DNA of 64,000 bases from the human T2T-CHM13v2.0 reference genome, Homo sapiens. Made by a program: the position numbers and the translations under genes. The stretch is taken from the NCBI RefSeq assembly GCF_009914755.1, contig NC_060928.1. One strand, 5' to 3'. The stretch's first letter is position 1. Every line of letters starts with the position of its first letter. Positions 1 to 64,000 of this stretch are shown one piece after another. The notes beneath the pieces were generated by a model, which was given only the letters and a program-made list of their open reading frames with translations, searched no databases and was not told where the DNA came from.

Positions 1-1460
1 AAGGACTTTTAGACTGTGGAGTAATCCCTCTTTAAACATCTTAGCACAAATTCTATGAAAATATTTCATCAGTGTATGAAAAAAAAAGTTAGTGGCATAT
101 TGTCTTTGTCAGGTAATAATTACAGAAGATATTTTGAATAGGGCTGAACAGTCAGAACACCAGTGGCCAGGATGAAGAAGATGCTTTTCTGGAGTGTGTT
201 TCCTATGAAAATCTGCTTTAGCCCATATTTACTAATTATTTTTGCTAGTAGGCAGCATATTTTAATGTGTAGGAATCTTCTGCTGTTATATTTGCTTTAC
301 TGACCCTTTAAAAAATAGACACAAATGACCAAAAACATTATAGGCCTTCAACAGTTTCTCAAATAAGTAAAAGAATCAGTTCACATCAGAAAGTTTTTCA
401 AGAAAATAAGTTCTAGGCCGGAAACTTGAGTGAATACTTATGTTCCCTTATGTCCTTTGTGCTCTTCATATTATTTTCAACATTCATAATAATTTATGTT
501 CCTGATGAATTCTCTGAGCCATTAAGAAATGGCTTTTCTTTCAGAATGCATATATCTGCACACACAATCCATGAATTAACATTTTTGGAAGATCATTATT
601 AAGCACTTACAAAAGTTTCAACTCTTAAATGCTTAACCCTCCATCCTTGGAAAAACTTGACTATCTGTAATGATGTAATTTGATTTCACCTAAAACTTTA
701 CAAAATATATGAATGATATCTATATAGGGTTTTTGGGTTCTTTCAAAAAGAGGAATTATCAGTACTCATGGTAAAAAAAGAGAAGGAGGGTCACAGGAAA
801 ATAGGAACAAATTTGGTTTTCTAGTACTTGGGTAAATTGTGGAATATACTTTCCTTCTGTATTTGAGCCCTTCAAAGCTCACAGTCAACCCAGATGAAGC
901 AGCTGAAGTGCTTTGTAATTAGTCTTCTATTCTTCACTCAATTAAAATTCCCCATTTACTAAGGCATCTCACCAAATGTTGATCTAATTATCTGATTAAA
1001 AAATCGGTGACAGTATGAATGAATGATTAATATAATTCACTTGATTGTGAAATGAAAGAGGAATAAATCTTTAGCTAGTGGAAGAAGGACACAGGATAAT
1101 TTTGTGTAGGAAGTCTTCCTGACCTTCCCTCCCAGAGTCCTTTATTCTGAAAAGTAATTATGCCAACATTTTTTTAGCTTGCAACCAGCATGCAAAATAA
1201 AGAGTATCTACTATGTACTATATACCTTTCAAAATAGCTGAATAGCATAAATATTTTATTTGATTTTTTATATTTTTAAAAATTTCCAAATAAGTTTACA
1301 AGTTAGAGAAAATTAGAATGTTGTCACTAATTTTTCTTTACAAAATGGTATTTCATGTGTACCTAGAAGCAGTGAAACACCTCTGGAGAGGGTGGCTTGG
1401 CAATTAATTATGCAGCTAGGACTTGGTTTGAAATTAAAGTATATATATTTTTTCTTTTAG

Positions 1461-62735
<61,275 letters not shown>

Positions 62736-64000
62736 GTAATCCTCTTTTTTTCTCCTCAGTTTTGATGTCTTATGACATAGTGATTGTGTACAGTAGAAGG
62801 CCTTTGTCATATTGGTGTTAAAGGAGAATGACATACACCTTCTTGACTGTGTATTGTAGGGTTATGTATCTATAGTTTAATTTTTAGAATGTGACTGGAC
62901 ATAACCTCTAAATCCATAAGATTCAATGATGTTGAACAAGATCTCTGTAGGTACCAATTATCAAGCCCTGCTCCTTGGTTAAAATCTTGGGCAGTTCCAC
63001 TAATTTCTCCAGTTACTGTTGAAGAACAAGAAAACCTCTGTTCACTTTTGGTCCCAAGAATAGTCTCATTTCAGTAATTAAAATATTCAGACCCATGTAA
63101 TAGTCATAAGTTGGAACTATATTTGAAGTTAAAGCTTCTCTTTTCCCGCATCCTGGGCTTCCTTCAGGTAGGAAGCCTGCACTGGGGGAATGGGAGGATA
63201 GCAGGATGATCACCCGTATGATCCCCTCTGGGGCTTCTGCCCCTCTCTCCTATTCCCTGGAAAGTGTTGAGGGTTTGGATAAGGGATAAAAACATACCAC
63301 TTTACTGACTACAGTGTTATTTTGCATTGGTTTCCTCTGGCCTTTGTAGATGTTTAAAACTGTCTTTTTTTTTCTCATGGGCACTTCTTGGAGATTACCC
63401 TGCTTGGCTGCTCTGGCTATGGCTGCCCAAATTGATCACATAGCCTACCCTCTCAGCTTCTGCATCTCATGGTGTGGTTTCCAGACAGTGCTGAAGTTGT
63501 CTTGCATTTGGAAAGAATGCCCTTTGAGCAGCTGATCTCCTTATAAAAGACTCCTAGGGACCTGTGTGTTAAAACAGACATCTTTAACACACTTTCTGTG
63601 GGAGTGCAGGTTTTTCTCTCAAGCCCAATGATCTACTCTGCTGATACAGCCAATATCAGTTAGTAGGCTTGCGTATGGATGTATCACTCAGGTATGCATC
63701 AGACAGTTTGCTGTGATATCCAATATCCCGGGGGACACACATCAAGGCTACTGAACAATCTTAGTAGCTCAACAGCTTTCACCAAAGAAATCTTCATTTT
63801 TGGCCTCCTCAATTTCAGCTCTTCTTATGTGGTCTAGAGGATGTGGAGCTAGCATGTAGTCTAGTGGGTAGAGGCCCCAGGTTTGGGCTACCTTCTGTGC
63901 AAGGCCTAAATAGATGGTATAACACCTCCTTTTGGAATGTGGGGATACTTGTACCTATTTTCTTCTCTATTTTGGGTTGTAGTCAGAACTAGACAGAATC

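Overview
This is human (primate) genomic DNA inside the SLC30A9 (ZnT9/HUEL/GAC63) gene on the + strand. It contains coding exons 2-11, which join at GT-AG sites into one uninterrupted 923-nt frame (c.110-1032, about E37-W344). Exon 1 and exons 12 onward lie outside the window. The haplotype encodes Val50 and Ala97, whereas the reference protein as I recall it has Met50 and Thr97. The introns are mostly transposon-derived. Intron 6 holds a near full-length Cheshire/MER58-type hAT DNA transposon interrupted by an Alu, a sense-oriented full-length ATP1B1 processed pseudogene and an MST LTR. Intron 8 holds a ~6.5-kb full-length sense L1PA. Intron 9 holds a complete two-LTR THE1 element. About 30 Alus, solo MaLR LTRs, MER2, MER3, MIR, L2 and old L1M fragments make up much of the rest. 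Nearly all listed ORFs are repeat-derived. I found no support for a new biological system. The best leads are possible intronic polyadenylation from the retrocopy, competing splice sites, phase 1-1 exon modularity with circRNA potential, and several small templated or fold-back insertion scars. Repeat boundaries and subfamilies were assigned by eye and are approximate.
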